Counted from the first letter of the stretch, positions 27,401 through 36,912 are shown. The stretch is 64,000 bases of DNA from Candidatus Omnitrophota bacterium (GCA_016783745.1 JADHVZ010000001.1:9447-73446); one strand, 5' to 3'. The notes: generated by a model from the sequence alone, not told the origin. Numbers and translations: made by a program.

Positions 27401-29303
27401 ATTTTTTGGTAAGTTATGGTCAGGGGACGGATTTATTTTCGGCAAAAGTAATTCTATTCCATACTATGCTACGTCCTCAAAAAGGATGGCTAAAGATGTG
27501 CAAAACCTGTTATTGAGACTGGATATAATATCCTCTGTCACGAAGAAGGAATTTAAATATAAGTATAAAGGAATAACGCAAAAGAGGTATGGTTATACGG
27601 TTTATTTGTTAGGACGTGAGTCTGTAGAGAGATTTTCAGAGAAGATCTGTCAGCATGTCACAGGAAAAGCTGACCAAATATCCCGTCTAAGGGATTATTA
27701 TGCTCACCTTCCCAGAGACAAAGAGTCAAAGGATATAATTCCCCAGGAGATAAAAAATATTATTCGTAAAGAAAAGGAAAGGGTAGGAAAGGGCTGGAGA
27801 GAGATCGAAAGAGAGAGCGGTGTCTGCACAAAAGAGCTTTGCGGACGGCTAAGGCCGCATAAAAAAGGATTTAAGCGGAGCACCGTAAATAGACTAGCTT
27901 CCTACTTTGATTCCGGCGAACTTTTTAAATATGCGGCCTCTGACATTTATTGGGACCCGATAGTATCAATAGAATATGTCGGCATGGAGAATACATATGA
28001 TATTGAGATGGAGCAGACGCATAATTTTATTGCTGACGGAATAATAGTCCATAATTCACATAGCGCCGCGTACGCGATGATCTCATACAGGACCGCGTAT
28101 CTTAAAGCGAATTATCCCGTGGAGTTTATGACGGCGCTTCTGACCTCTGAAAAAGATAATACAGATAAGATCGCTCAATATATAGAAGAAGCAAACAGGA
28201 TGGGCATAAAGATACTTCCGCCTGATGTAAACGAAAGTTATTCAAGATTCACAATTATAAAGGATAAATCAGAAGAAAACAAATACGGGCAGTCGATAAG
28301 GTTCGGTTTATCCGCGGTGAAAAATGTGGGACACGGCGCTATTGATTCCATCATCGAAGCTAGAGAAAGTGAAGGTAAATTCAGCTCTCTTTACCAGTTT
28401 TGCGAACATGTCAATTCAAGGCTGGTTAATAGAAAGGTCATAGAGAGCCTGATAAAGTGCGGGGCATTCGATTCTACGGGTTTATTCCGGTCGCAGCTTA
28501 TGGCGATACTTGACAGGGCAATGGAAGTGGCCGGCGGGATCCAGAAGGACAGGATAGGCGGCCAGTTATCGTTTTTTGATACTTTTGAGGCAAGCGGTGA
28601 TTTTAAGAAAAGCTTTCAGGAGATACCCGACATCAAAGAGTGGCCGGAAAATCAGCTTCTTACTTTTGAAAAGACACTGCTGGGTTTTTATATAACAAAG
28701 CACCCTCTTACAAGCTTTGAGAAGATCTTAAGATTGTACGGATCCACCAGTATCATGGGCTTGAGCAACTTTAAAGACGGCGCCATCATCCATATGGGCG
28801 GTATCTTGAATAAGGTAAAGCTTACTACTACCAAGAAAACCGGTGAACGCATGGCTATAGCTCAACTTGAAGACTTAAGCGGTATGGTGGAAGTGCTGGT
28901 GTTCCCGAAAGCGTATAATAATATCGGTAGATTCTTTAAAGCCGACACAATGATCTTTTTAAAAGCCAGAGTCAGCTTAAGAGAGGAAGAGCCTAAGCTT
29001 ATAGCTGAAGACGCGTTTCCTCTTGAAGAAGTACAGGAGAAGATGACCAAATCCATTGGAATAAGCATAATTACCAGCGGATTGGATAAAAAGACGCTGG
29101 ATTCTCTTAAGTTTATTCTATCCAACCACAAAGGGAATATTCCCGCATACATATATTTTAATACCCCCGAAAAGAAGAGGGTCATGATGGCCCTAAGCCG
29201 CGACTATAGCATTAAGCCATCAACCGAGCTTATAGATGAACTGGAGGAGATCCTTGGCGAAGGTTCAGTTTCGGTAAAGGCTTCCCACTCCAACGGCAGA
29301 TAA
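24447..29303 (+). CDS. dnaE: DNA polymerase III alpha subunit DnaE, carrying an in-frame intein
   Basis: PHP motif HLHTHTQFSLLDGA, palm/fingers motifs, and the conserved FAGYGFNK|SHSAAYA block. In this gene that block is interrupted by 455 aa between FNK and SHSAAY. Confidence 0.9.
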   Translation: MKRHSDFVHLHTHTQFSLLDGACHISRLFQLAEKERMPAVAITDHGNMFGAIEFYRKALAHGIKPIIGSEVYISPESRFEKSAQGIQEASFHLILLAKDTEGYKNLMKLITAGYLEGFYYRPRIDKDILKKHHKGLVCLSACLKGEIPHLIKNGQVEQAKNTAVFFKDLFGKDFYLEIQDNLIQDQIDVNRVLIDMGKQLDIPLVATNDVHYLKKEDAYAHEALMALQTQATLDDPNRMRLQTDEFYLKNAEQMKRKFGTECPEAIKNTIAITEKCNLELDFKKTHLPHYRPPAGKTREGYFRELVDEGLKRIYPEITDEIRDRVEHELKIIEKSGFISYFLIAWDFVHYAKGKGIPVGPGRGSAAGSVVSYALGITDIDPLKYDLLFERFLNPERISMPDIDIDFCYERRSEVIDYVVQKYSKDNVAQIITFGTLMAKGVIRDVGRVMSMSYSEVDRIAKMVPNDLNMTLQQALKSSPELKNLYETDQRVTQLIDTSMVLEGLSRHASTHAAGVVICEKPLTEYIPLIKMGDGQITTGYPMASLEKIGLLKMDFLGLRTLTVISETLKIIKKTIGVEFEIDKIPTDDEKTFRLLSNAESVGVFQVESSGMRDLLKKFKPEKFEDLIAILALFRPGPMGSGMLDDFITRKQGKVKIQYDHESLEPILKETYGIIVFQEQVMRIASTLAGFSLAQADSLRRAMSKKTPEVMVEARKHFIEGCLKKDISRRIADKVFSFIEYFAGYGFNKCVAGSTEIINADTGEYVKVEELFTKKDIINTFSCHEKTLKIIPQRMKDIVCNGIKKIYRLKTRTGKEIVVTNNHPFLTVSGWKELKDLKDGDMIATPRKIPLSPEYGMEEYKIISLAKLLSEGNLCHTSGLYFYSNSREEVDEFTANIERFEKTRARAYQRDDKYEVYVGTGQDTKFFKNQVPWNKRPSGQTATVQSRFSRCGARIWIEELGLSNKKAYEKFIPQEVYSLSTEKLALFFGKLWSGDGFIFGKSNSIPYYATSSKRMAKDVQNLLLRLDIISSVTKKEFKYKYKGITQKRYGYTVYLLGRESVERFSEKICQHVTGKADQISRLRDYYAHLPRDKESKDIIPQEIKNIIRKEKERVGKGWREIERESGVCTKELCGRLRPHKKGFKRSTVNRLASYFDSGELFKYAASDIYWDPIVSIEYVGMENTYDIEMEQTHNFIADGIIVHNSHSAAYAMISYRTAYLKANYPVEFMTALLTSEKDNTDKIAQYIEEANRMGIKILPPDVNESYSRFTIIKDKSEENKYGQSIRFGLSAVKNVGHGAIDSIIEARESEGKFSSLYQFCEHVNSRLVNRKVIESLIKCGAFDSTGLFRSQLMAILDRAMEVAGGIQKDRIGGQLSFFDTFEASGDFKKSFQEIPDIKEWPENQLLTFEKTLLGFYITKHPLTSFEKILRLYGSTSIMGLSNFKDGAIIHMGGILNKVKLTTTKKTGERMAIAQLEDLSGMVEVLVFPKAYNNIGRFFKADTMIFLKARVSLREEEPKLIAEDAFPLEEVQEKMTKSIGISIITSGLDKKTLDSLKFILSNHKGNIPAYIYFNTPEKKRVMMALSRDYSIKPSTELIDELEEILGEGSVSVKASHSNGR
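26691..28055 (+). mobile_element. Class-1 intein (455 aa) with a LAGLIDADG homing-endonuclease domain, inserted in DnaE between FNK and SHSAAY
   Basis: Block A CVAGSTEII (Cys1), block B VVTNNHPFLT (TxxH), the C-terminal IIVHN and +1 Ser. Two LAGLIDADG-like motifs (LAKLLSEGNL and LALFFGKLWSGDGFI). The insert is more AT-rich than the flanking dnaE sequence. Confidence 0.8.
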
Positions 29304-29333
29304 CCAACCAGCCCCGTTTTCCGTGAGTTGATA

Positions 29334-29362
29334 TTGACAAACCTAATCTATTGTGGTATAAT
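29334..29362 (+). promoter_or_regulatory. Consensus sigma-70 promoter TTGACA-17-TGgTATAAT (extended -10)
   Basis: Exact TTGACA and TATAAT hexamers with a 17-nt spacer and a TGn element. The downstream ATG at 29374 is only 12 nt past the -10, which implies a leaderless or near-leaderless mRNA. Confidence 0.55.
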
Positions 29363-29373
29363 AACTTACAACT

Positions 29374-29916
29374 ATGATAGACAAGGACCTGGAATACAAA
29401 ATCAAGAAGATAAAGGTATTCATGGAATTATGGGTGAAGTTCCATGATATGTACAAAAACGCGCTGAGCCATGAGACCATCACGCCTGAGGAGGAGAAGA
29501 ACTTTCTTGAAACCAAGTCTCTGATCACGAGAAAATACCAGGCGCTTATAGATTATCTCGGGATCGACAGGCCCTATGATGATAAAACATTTGACGTGAT
29601 ATCGCAACTTCTTTCGCTGAAAAGTGTTGTAGCTATATCTGACCTGAGCCTTCATAAAATAGAGTACGACTGGCATAATTCTTATGTTCTTTTAAATAAA
29701 CTGCTGGGAGAACTCGATGCCCGGCAGGAGTCTTTGCGCAAGATCAGCAAGTTTGGCCTATTTATTAGAGAGCTTACCTCAAATCCGATAGCCAATTTAA
29801 TTATCGCGATAGTCTTGATAATAGCCCTATATATGTTGGTGACTTATGGAGAGCAAGCGTTAAAGCCTAAAGAAGATATAGAGAGCAAGATAGAGTTCAG
29901 ACAGCAGGGTAAATAA
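29374..29916 (+). CDS. Hypothetical protein with C-terminal TM helix
   Basis: 180 aa, no recognised motif, hydrophobic segment near the C-terminus. Confidence 0.4.
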   Translation: MIDKDLEYKIKKIKVFMELWVKFHDMYKNALSHETITPEEEKNFLETKSLITRKYQALIDYLGIDRPYDDKTFDVISQLLSLKSVVAISDLSLHKIEYDWHNSYVLLNKLLGELDARQESLRKISKFGLFIRELTSNPIANLIIAIVLIIALYMLVTYGEQALKPKEDIESKIEFRQQGK

Positions 29917-29929
29917 GAAGGAGGTTGCG

Positions 29930-30202
29930 ATGACCAAAAAGGACATAGTGATAAAGATAGCCGATGAGACAGGGGTTAAACAAATAGATGTCAAAAAGGT
30001 GGTCCAGAAGACACTTGACTATATAGTTGAAAGCTTAGCCCGCGGCGAGACAGTGGAGCTGCGTAATTTTGGAATATTTAAGACTAAGTCCAGGAAGGGG
30101 AGGATAGGCAGGAATCCCAGAACAGGGGAATCAGTGCCTATACCCGAGAAGAAGGTGGTGACCTTCAAGCCTGGCCTGGTCATGAAAGCCAGAGTCAAGT
30201 AA
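29930..30202 (+). CDS. hup: DNA-binding protein HU
   Basis: 90 aa with the HU/IHF signature (FGIFKTKSRKGRIGRNPRTGESVPIPEKKVVTFKPG). AGGAGG RBS. Confidence 0.85.
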   Translation: MTKKDIVIKIADETGVKQIDVKKVVQKTLDYIVESLARGETVELRNFGIFKTKSRKGRIGRNPRTGESVPIPEKKVVTFKPGLVMKARVK

Positions 30203-30214
30203 GATATTGTAGTA

Positions 30215-30332
30215 GAAAAGGGGACAGACACTTTTTAAGCGTTGTAAAAGGGGACAGACACTTTTTTGAGGCTACGTACAAAGCTTCAAAAAAGTGTCTG
30301 TCCCTATGCTAAAAAGTGTCTGTCCCCTTTTT
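30215..30332. repeat. Double-nested copy of the palindromic element: two forward AAAAGGGGACAGACACTTTTT arms and two reverse AAAAGTGTCTGTCCC arms
   Basis: Read directly. The outer pair (30218-30232 with 30313-30327) and inner pair (30248-30262 with 30290-30304) sit immediately after the HU stop with flanking A/T runs, consistent with a bidirectional terminator-like structure. Confidence 0.8.
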
Positions 30333-30416
30333 TGTCCGCTTTTTTGTTGACTTTTAGGGTGCCTATGATATTATAATGAGGTATTAATAACATATATGCA
30401 TAAATTTTGAGGTAAA

Positions 30417-31673
30417 ATGAATATACATTCTATAAAAGGGATGCGTGATATACTGCCGGCTGAAACACGCCTGTGGCAGTTTATCGAAAGCGCGGCGCGG
30501 GATATATTCGAAAAATTCGGATACAGAGAAATAAGGACCCCTATCCTGGAAGAAACGTCTCTTTTTCAAAAAGGAATAGGGGAGGGTACTGATATAGTGA
30601 ACAAGGAGATGTACACCTTTGTCGATAGAGGCAAGCGTTCACTTACCATGAGGCCTGAGGGGACAGCCCCTATTGCCAGGTCTTACTTAGAAAATAACCT
30701 CGCGCAGGATGGTTTTGTAAGTCTGTATTATATGGGGCCGATGTTCCGGAGCGAAAGGCCCCAAAAAGGAAGAAGCAGGCAATTTCACCAGATAGGTATC
30801 GAGGCAATCGGATCTTCCAGCCCGTATGTTGATACATCAGCTATCCAGATGATGGTCTACCTCTTTAGAAGGCTTAATCTAAAAGATTTCAAAATAAAAT
30901 TGTGCAGTTTAGGCTGCGCTGATGATAAGCAGAAGCTGGCGGCTGAACTGCGCAAGTATCTTTCGCCGGAAAAGAACAGGCTGTGTGATGATTGCAAAGT
31001 ACGGCTTGAGAAGAATATATTAAGGACCTTAGATTGCAAGGTCGACTCATGTAGAGCGCTCTTAAGAAATTCGCCGAAGGCCAGGGATTTCCTCTGTAAT
31101 TCCTGCAGAAGCCATTATAGTACGGTAAAGAAGATGCTTGGTGAGATGGGCACAGGCTATGTCGAAGACGTCAATATGGTCAGAGGCCTTGATTATTACA
31201 CCAATACGGTTTTCGAGGTCACTCATCCGGGGCTTGGAGCTCAAGACGCTATAGCGGCGGGAGGCCGGTACGACGATCTGATAAAGGATTTCGGAGGAAA
31301 GGCCGCCGGCGCGTTTGGTTTTGCTATTGGAGTGGAAAGATTATTAATGGCGATATCGGCTGAAGGTAATCTGGTAGTGCCGGATAACAAGACAGATGTG
31401 TATATCGCGACAACGAGTGAAAACGTCCGCCTTGAGGCCCTTAAAGCCTCTACCATGTTGATAGAAGAGGGGATCTGCTGCGAAATGAACTTTGAAGAAA
31501 GATCCCTGAAGTCACAGATGAGGCAGGCCGGCAAGAAAAACGTCTTATTTACCGTCATATTCGGAGATGAAGAGCTTAAACGCAATGAAGTAGTGCTGCG
31601 CGATATGAGGACCGGCGAGCAGGCAAATATAAAACTTGACGAACTAGCTCAAAAAATAAAGGGAGGAATCTGA
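30417..31673 (+). CDS. hisS: Histidyl-tRNA synthetase
   Basis: Class II motifs (MYTFVDRGKRSLTMRPEGT, FRSERPQKGRSRQFHQIG, GGRYDDL) and a C-terminal anticodon-binding domain. Confidence 0.9.
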   Translation: MNIHSIKGMRDILPAETRLWQFIESAARDIFEKFGYREIRTPILEETSLFQKGIGEGTDIVNKEMYTFVDRGKRSLTMRPEGTAPIARSYLENNLAQDGFVSLYYMGPMFRSERPQKGRSRQFHQIGIEAIGSSSPYVDTSAIQMMVYLFRRLNLKDFKIKLCSLGCADDKQKLAAELRKYLSPEKNRLCDDCKVRLEKNILRTLDCKVDSCRALLRNSPKARDFLCNSCRSHYSTVKKMLGEMGTGYVEDVNMVRGLDYYTNTVFEVTHPGLGAQDAIAAGGRYDDLIKDFGGKAAGAFGFAIGVERLLMAISAEGNLVVPDNKTDVYIATTSENVRLEALKASTMLIEEGICCEMNFEERSLKSQMRQAGKKNVLFTVIFGDEELKRNEVVLRDMRTGEQANIKLDELAQKIKGGI

Positions 31674-31678
31674 ACTTT

Positions 31679-33442
31679 ATGTTTAGACGGACACATAACT
31701 GTGGTGAGCTGACTGACAAAGATATAGGAAAAAATGTTTCCCTTGCCGGATGGGTGAATACCTGGCGGGACCACGGCGGCGTTGTTTTTATAGACCTGAG
31801 GGATAGAGAAGGCCTTACACAGATAGTATTTAATCCTGATAAAGACAAGAAGCTTCACTCCGAATCAAGGAAGTTGCGCACGGAATACGTGATATCAGTG
31901 AAGGGAAAGGTGGGAGCGAGGCCGGAAGGTACGGTAAACGCGAAGTTAAAAACGGGAAAGATCGAGATAGCGGTTGAAGAACTCGAAGTGCTAAATACCG
32001 CTAATCCGCCGCCGTTTGAGATAGCCGATGTAACTAAAATATCAGAAGAGGTAAAATTAAGCTATAGATACATAGATCTCAGGCGTCCGGCCATGCAAAA
32101 GAACCTGCGCATCAGACACAACACCGCGAAGGCGATAAGGGATTTTTTAAGCGACAGAGGCTTCCTGGAAGTTGAAACGCCGATTTTAACGAAGAGTACG
32201 CCTGAAGGCGCGCGGGATTATCTTGTGCCAAGCAGGGTAAATCCCGGCAAATTCTACGCGCTTCCCCAGTCCCCGCAGCTTTTCAAGCAGATACTCATGG
32301 TATCCGGATGCGAAAAGTATTTCCAGATAGCCAAGTGTTTCAGGGATGAAGACCTCAGAGCGGACCGTCAGCCTGAGTTCACCCAGCTTGATATGGAGAT
32401 GTCTTTTATTGATGAAGATGATATCTATAAGGTGTGTGAAGCTCTCATGAAAGATGTTTTTAAAAAGGCGGCAGGCGCTGAAATAGTGACACCGTTTCCC
32501 AGGCTGAAATACGATGAAGCTATGTCAAGATTTGGCAGCGATAAGCCCGATACCCGCTTCGGCATGGAGATCTCTGACGTAAAAGATATTTTTAAAGGCA
32601 CAGGCTTCAATGTATTTAAAACCGCTGTTGAGGGCGGAGGCAGTATATTGGGTATAAACGCAAAAGACATGGCAAAGGTATCGAGAAAAGATATAGATGA
32701 CCTTACCGCATATGCAAGAGAGTGCGGGGCAAAAGGCCTGGCTTATATCAAGTTTACGGATAAGGGTGCCGAATCGCCGATACTGAAGTTTTTCGATAAA
32801 CAAGTTGTCGAGGCACTGCAAAAGAGGCTAAATTGCGAAAAGGGTGACCTGGCGCTTATGGTGGCTGATACCGACCTGAAGTTGGCCCGGGAAGTCATGG
32901 GTTCTATGAGACTGCATGTCGCCAGGATATCAAATGTCAAGAAAAGTGACGGTTTTAATTTCCTATGGATCGTGGACTTTCCGCTATTTAAATATAACGC
33001 TGAGGAAAAACGCTGGGAAAGCGAGCACCATCCGTTCACCTCATGCAAGAATGAGGACATTGCATATCTTGAAAGTGATCACCAGAAGGCGCGAGCTAAA
33101 GCCTATGACCTGGTAGTCAACGGCGTAGAGCTGGGAAGCGGCTCCATAAGGATACACAACCAGGATATGCAGCAGAAGATATTCAAGATCATCGGTATTG
33201 CCAAAGAAGAAGCCGAGAAAAGATTCGGATTTTTACTGAAAGCCCTCTCATATGGGGCGCCTCCTCACGGAGGAGTGGCTTTCGGGCTGGACAGGTGGCT
33301 TACTCTGTTTACCGGAAGCGCCACCATAAGAGACGTTATTCCTTTTCCCAAGACTCAGAAAGCGATCTGTCCTATGACAGACGCTCCTTCAATCGCGGAC
33401 GAAAGACAGTTAAAGGAACTGAACATAAAAGTTATTAAGTAG
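31679..33442 (+). CDS. aspS: Aspartyl-tRNA synthetase
   Basis: N-terminal OB fold (GWVNTWRDHGGVVFIDLRD), class II motifs FRDEDLRADRQPEFTQLD and GSGSIRIH, and a GAD insertion domain. Confidence 0.9.
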   Translation: MFRRTHNCGELTDKDIGKNVSLAGWVNTWRDHGGVVFIDLRDREGLTQIVFNPDKDKKLHSESRKLRTEYVISVKGKVGARPEGTVNAKLKTGKIEIAVEELEVLNTANPPPFEIADVTKISEEVKLSYRYIDLRRPAMQKNLRIRHNTAKAIRDFLSDRGFLEVETPILTKSTPEGARDYLVPSRVNPGKFYALPQSPQLFKQILMVSGCEKYFQIAKCFRDEDLRADRQPEFTQLDMEMSFIDEDDIYKVCEALMKDVFKKAAGAEIVTPFPRLKYDEAMSRFGSDKPDTRFGMEISDVKDIFKGTGFNVFKTAVEGGGSILGINAKDMAKVSRKDIDDLTAYARECGAKGLAYIKFTDKGAESPILKFFDKQVVEALQKRLNCEKGDLALMVADTDLKLAREVMGSMRLHVARISNVKKSDGFNFLWIVDFPLFKYNAEEKRWESEHHPFTSCKNEDIAYLESDHQKARAKAYDLVVNGVELGSGSIRIHNQDMQQKIFKIIGIAKEEAEKRFGFLLKALSYGAPPHGGVAFGLDRWLTLFTGSATIRDVIPFPKTQKAICPMTDAPSIADERQLKELNIKVIK

Positions 33443-33451
33443 AGGGGGAGC

Positions 33452-35107
33452 ATGAAAAAAATATTTATATTTTTTATGATCGTGTCTTTATATTTTACTT
33501 TAGCCTATGCCCAGGAGGCGACACCTTCAAAAATCGAAGGGGTGACGCTATTTTCGGATCAGGCGTTGGTAAAGAGAGAAGCTACGGCTAAGGTCAGCGA
33601 AGGTGTGAATGAGATATTAATAGAGCTGGAGGCTTTCGACGTGGACAGGGACTCTGTTTCCGCTAAGGTCTTCGGAGGGGGAGAGCTCTTTAGCGTTCAG
33701 TTCAAAGACATATATCTTGAAGATGAACCGCAAGAGGAGATCAAGGCTCTTATAGATAAGATAAAAAAACTGGAAGACGATAAAAAGGCGCTTGTGAACC
33801 AGCAGGGCGTATTGGCTAAAAAAGAAAAGTTCCTGGATTCTCTGATAGATTTTTCCAAAGTGCAGGTGCCGCGGGAGATCAAGACAAACTTTCCGAGCAC
33901 CGAGGACCTGGAGCAGACTCTCTTGTTTCTGGATAAGAGCCAGAATGAGATAAACTCAGGATATGAGACGCTGGATCCCAAGATAGAAGATCTGAATAAG
34001 GAAATAAACGCGCTGGCCAGGGAATTGCAATCGCTGAAGGGATATAGTAAAAAATCGAAGAATCAGATCGAAATAGTATTCAATTCCGAAAAAGAACAGG
34101 AAGTGGGGATTGAAGCGGGCTATCTTGTGTACGGTGCCTCATGGAACCCGCTTTATAAAGTGAATGTCCCGCTTGACCTTAAAGAGGTGAACCTTACGAT
34201 GTTCTCGAAGATGGTGCAGAAGACCGGCGAGGACTGGGATGACATCAAATTAGCCGTATCGAACGTCATCCCCTTAAAAGGTGTAGGCGTGCCTGATCTG
34301 AATAGCTGGTATCTGGATATTGCGCGGAGGAGGTGGCTTGAGAGGAAGGAAAGTTTTGGCGCTATGCCTGTGCGGGAAGTAGCTATAACGAAGACGAGTC
34401 TTGATGGGGATGCGGGAGAAAAGGTTGATAATAAAACGGAGCAGGAAGCGGGATTTGCGCAGGCCCAGAAAAAGGAATTGCCGCTTTCATTCGAATATGA
34501 GCTGCCGCAGGCACTCTCTATCGAGTCAAAAGATAAAGAGACGATCCTGCCTCTCTTTTCAAGGGAGATCGAGGGCGAATTCTTTCATTATGTAGTACCG
34601 CAAGTCAATCCTTTGACTTTTTTAGTATGCAAAGCTTCTTCGGATAAGGAGCTCTTGAGCGGTTATCTGAACGTATATTTCGGAGGGCGCTTTGTGGGCA
34701 AGACCTATCTGGGTGAGAAGAAGCCCGGCGAAGATTTTAATATAAATCTTGGCGCGGACAGGGGAGTCAAGGTGAAAAGGGAGAAGATAAAAGATAAAGT
34801 CCAGGAGACCTTCTTCGGAAAGATAGAGAGGAAGACGATCGTGAGGGAGATGTCTTTCAAGATGACCATCGAAAATCTAAAGGAAGAGCAGGTGAAGATA
34901 AAGGTCCTGGACAGTATACCGGTCTCAAAAACAGATAAGATCGTTGTGAAGGATGTGAAGATCACGCCCGGCCCTAATGAGAAGGATTATGAGGATGAGG
35001 AAGGCGTCATGCTTTGGGAATTCGATATCAAGCCCAAGGAGAAGAAAGAGATCGAGATAGAATTTGTTGTGACTTATCCAAAGGATCTGCCGGTATTCGG
35101 TATGTAA
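33452..35107 (+). CDS. Secreted DUF4140/DUF4139-type protein (MuiA-like)
   Basis: Signal peptide, an N-terminal beta-rich segment (TAKVSEGVNEILIELEAFDVDRDSVSAKV), central coiled coil, and C-terminal YLVYGASWNPLYKVNVP resembling DUF4139. Confidence 0.45.
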   Translation: MKKIFIFFMIVSLYFTLAYAQEATPSKIEGVTLFSDQALVKREATAKVSEGVNEILIELEAFDVDRDSVSAKVFGGGELFSVQFKDIYLEDEPQEEIKALIDKIKKLEDDKKALVNQQGVLAKKEKFLDSLIDFSKVQVPREIKTNFPSTEDLEQTLLFLDKSQNEINSGYETLDPKIEDLNKEINALARELQSLKGYSKKSKNQIEIVFNSEKEQEVGIEAGYLVYGASWNPLYKVNVPLDLKEVNLTMFSKMVQKTGEDWDDIKLAVSNVIPLKGVGVPDLNSWYLDIARRRWLERKESFGAMPVREVAITKTSLDGDAGEKVDNKTEQEAGFAQAQKKELPLSFEYELPQALSIESKDKETILPLFSREIEGEFFHYVVPQVNPLTFLVCKASSDKELLSGYLNVYFGGRFVGKTYLGEKKPGEDFNINLGADRGVKVKREKIKDKVQETFFGKIERKTIVREMSFKMTIENLKEEQVKIKVLDSIPVSKTDKIVVKDVKITPGPNEKDYEDEEGVMLWEFDIKPKEKKEIEIEFVVTYPKDLPVFGM

Positions 35108-35129
35108 TGTAAACGAGGAGGTATGGAGC

Positions 35130-35948
35130 ATGAAAAAAGCGATTTGGATGATCATGTGTTTGTTCGTAGTCTTAAATATTTCCGGATGTATGAAGACCTA
35201 CACCTACCAGGTGGAGCGGCAGGATCAAGATCTTGTAGGTAATAGAGGTATTGTAAAGGGCGAAGTGCCCGCGCCTGAGACAGGCATAAAAAAGAGCAGG
35301 ACTATAGGAGGGGTGGATGTAGAGCTGCCGCCTTCAAAAGAATATAAAGAGCGCAAAAGCAACATAGATGACGGGCAGGTAAAGAGCCGGCAGGGGACTT
35401 CCCCCAAAAAAAGGCCTGTCGTCATCAAGGAAACAGTATCGGAAGGATTTGAGGAAGACAAGGAAGATGATCCCCTTGTTCAATTAGAAAAGCCTAAAAC
35501 AAGATCTGCGGAATCTGTTGACCAGCAGTGGGTGAAAAAATCTAAAGTCAGAGAAGATGCCGCATTGATCAAGGTAGTGGAAAAAGAAGAAGCAAAAGAA
35601 ACAGTAAAAGAAGCAGCGAAAGAAGCAGCGAAAGAAGCAGCGAAAGAAGCAGTAAAAAAAGCAGTAAAAGAAACAGCGAAAGAAGCGAAAAATGTAAATG
35701 AAGTGGAAGAAGAAATGTCACGCGCGGTTATATACACCATCCAGGAAGGCGATACACTCGGGAAAATAGCTAAGAAATTTTTAGGGGAAGCTTCCAGATG
35801 GCAGGATGTGTACGAGGCAAATAAAAATGTCATCGAAGCGCCCGGAAAGATATTCCCGGGTCAGGTCATAGTCATCCCTCAGAATTCAACAATGGCAGCA
35901 GTCGAAGCGGAAGAGGCGGCGGAAGCGCCTGATGAGTCATACAAATAA
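35130..35948 (+). CDS. Lipoprotein with AAKEA-type repeats and C-terminal LysM domain
   Basis: Lipobox (NISGC), AAKEAAKEAAKEAVKKAVKE repeats, and LysM signature YTIQEGDTLGKIAKKF...WQDVYEANKNVI..P..I.PGQVIVIP. Confidence 0.6.
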   Translation: MKKAIWMIMCLFVVLNISGCMKTYTYQVERQDQDLVGNRGIVKGEVPAPETGIKKSRTIGGVDVELPPSKEYKERKSNIDDGQVKSRQGTSPKKRPVVIKETVSEGFEEDKEDDPLVQLEKPKTRSAESVDQQWVKKSKVREDAALIKVVEKEEAKETVKEAAKEAAKEAAKEAVKKAVKETAKEAKNVNEVEEEMSRAVIYTIQEGDTLGKIAKKFLGEASRWQDVYEANKNVIEAPGKIFPGQVIVIPQNSTMAAVEAEEAAEAPDESYK

Positions 35949-36912
35949 CAGAGTATATATGTCAAAAAAGGAATTAAGATTAAAATCCGCCGACGAAGCT
36001 AAACTACTGTGCGGCCCCCACGATGAGAATCTCAGGCTTATAGAAAAAGAGTTAGGCGTTTCTATCTTTGGCAGAGGTCACGACGTCACCATAGAAGGAT
36101 CGAAGGAGAAGGTAGGAGACGCCCTGAAGCTTGTCGAAGAACTTCTTTTGACTATTCGTAAGGGCGGTCAGATAAAAAAGCATGAAGTCTTATATGCAGC
36201 CAGGTCTATCAAAGGCCATGTTACAGATGATGTTCATAGCATATATCTGGATAAAATAGAGGTCTCCTCAAAAAGATTGTTTGTAACGCCCAAAAGTAAG
36301 GGGCAAAAAGGATACATTGATGCCATAAGGCATAGCGATATTGTATTCGGCGTGGGGCCGGCCGGCACCGGCAAAACCTATCTTGCCATGGCTATGGCGG
36401 TAAATGCGTTAAAAAAACAGCTTGTCTCAAGGATTATTTTAGCAAGGCCCGCAGTCGAAGCCGGAGAGAGCCTTGGATATCTTCCCGGGGATCTGTACGA
36501 GAAAGTCTCACCGTATTTGAGGCCGCTTTATGACGCGCTTTACGATATGGTGGAAGTTAGTAAAATACAGGATTATATTAACAGGGGGATCATAGAGGTA
36601 GTGCCTCTGGCTTATATGCGCGGCCGTACGCTCAATAACGCGTTCATAATACTTGACGAGGCGCAAAATTCGACTCCGGAACAGATGAAGATGTTTCTTA
36701 CGCGGCTTGGCTTTGATTCAAAGACCGTAATAACAGGTGATATCACTCAAAGCGACCTACCAAGCCACAAAGAGTCAGGGCTTAAGCAGGTAATAAGTAT
36801 CTTGAAAGACATAAAAGGGATCGAATTTGTATTTTTATCAGGTGAAGACGTTGTAAGGCATGAACTTGTGCAGGATATAATAAAGGCATATGAAAAAATC
36901 GCAAAGGAATAA
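35932..36912 (+). CDS. phoH: PhoH-like ATPase (YbeZ) with N-terminal KH-like region. An alternative start at 35958 avoids overlap with the upstream gene.
   Basis: Walker A GPAGTGKTYLAMA and Walker B ILDEAQN, the canonical PhoH core. Confidence 0.8.
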   Translation: MSHTNNRVYMSKKELRLKSADEAKLLCGPHDENLRLIEKELGVSIFGRGHDVTIEGSKEKVGDALKLVEELLLTIRKGGQIKKHEVLYAARSIKGHVTDDVHSIYLDKIEVSSKRLFVTPKSKGQKGYIDAIRHSDIVFGVGPAGTGKTYLAMAMAVNALKKQLVSRIILARPAVEAGESLGYLPGDLYEKVSPYLRPLYDALYDMVEVSKIQDYINRGIIEVVPLAYMRGRTLNNAFIILDEAQNSTPEQMKMFLTRLGFDSKTVITGDITQSDLPSHKESGLKQVISILKDIKGIEFVFLSGEDVVRHELVQDIIKAYEKIAKE

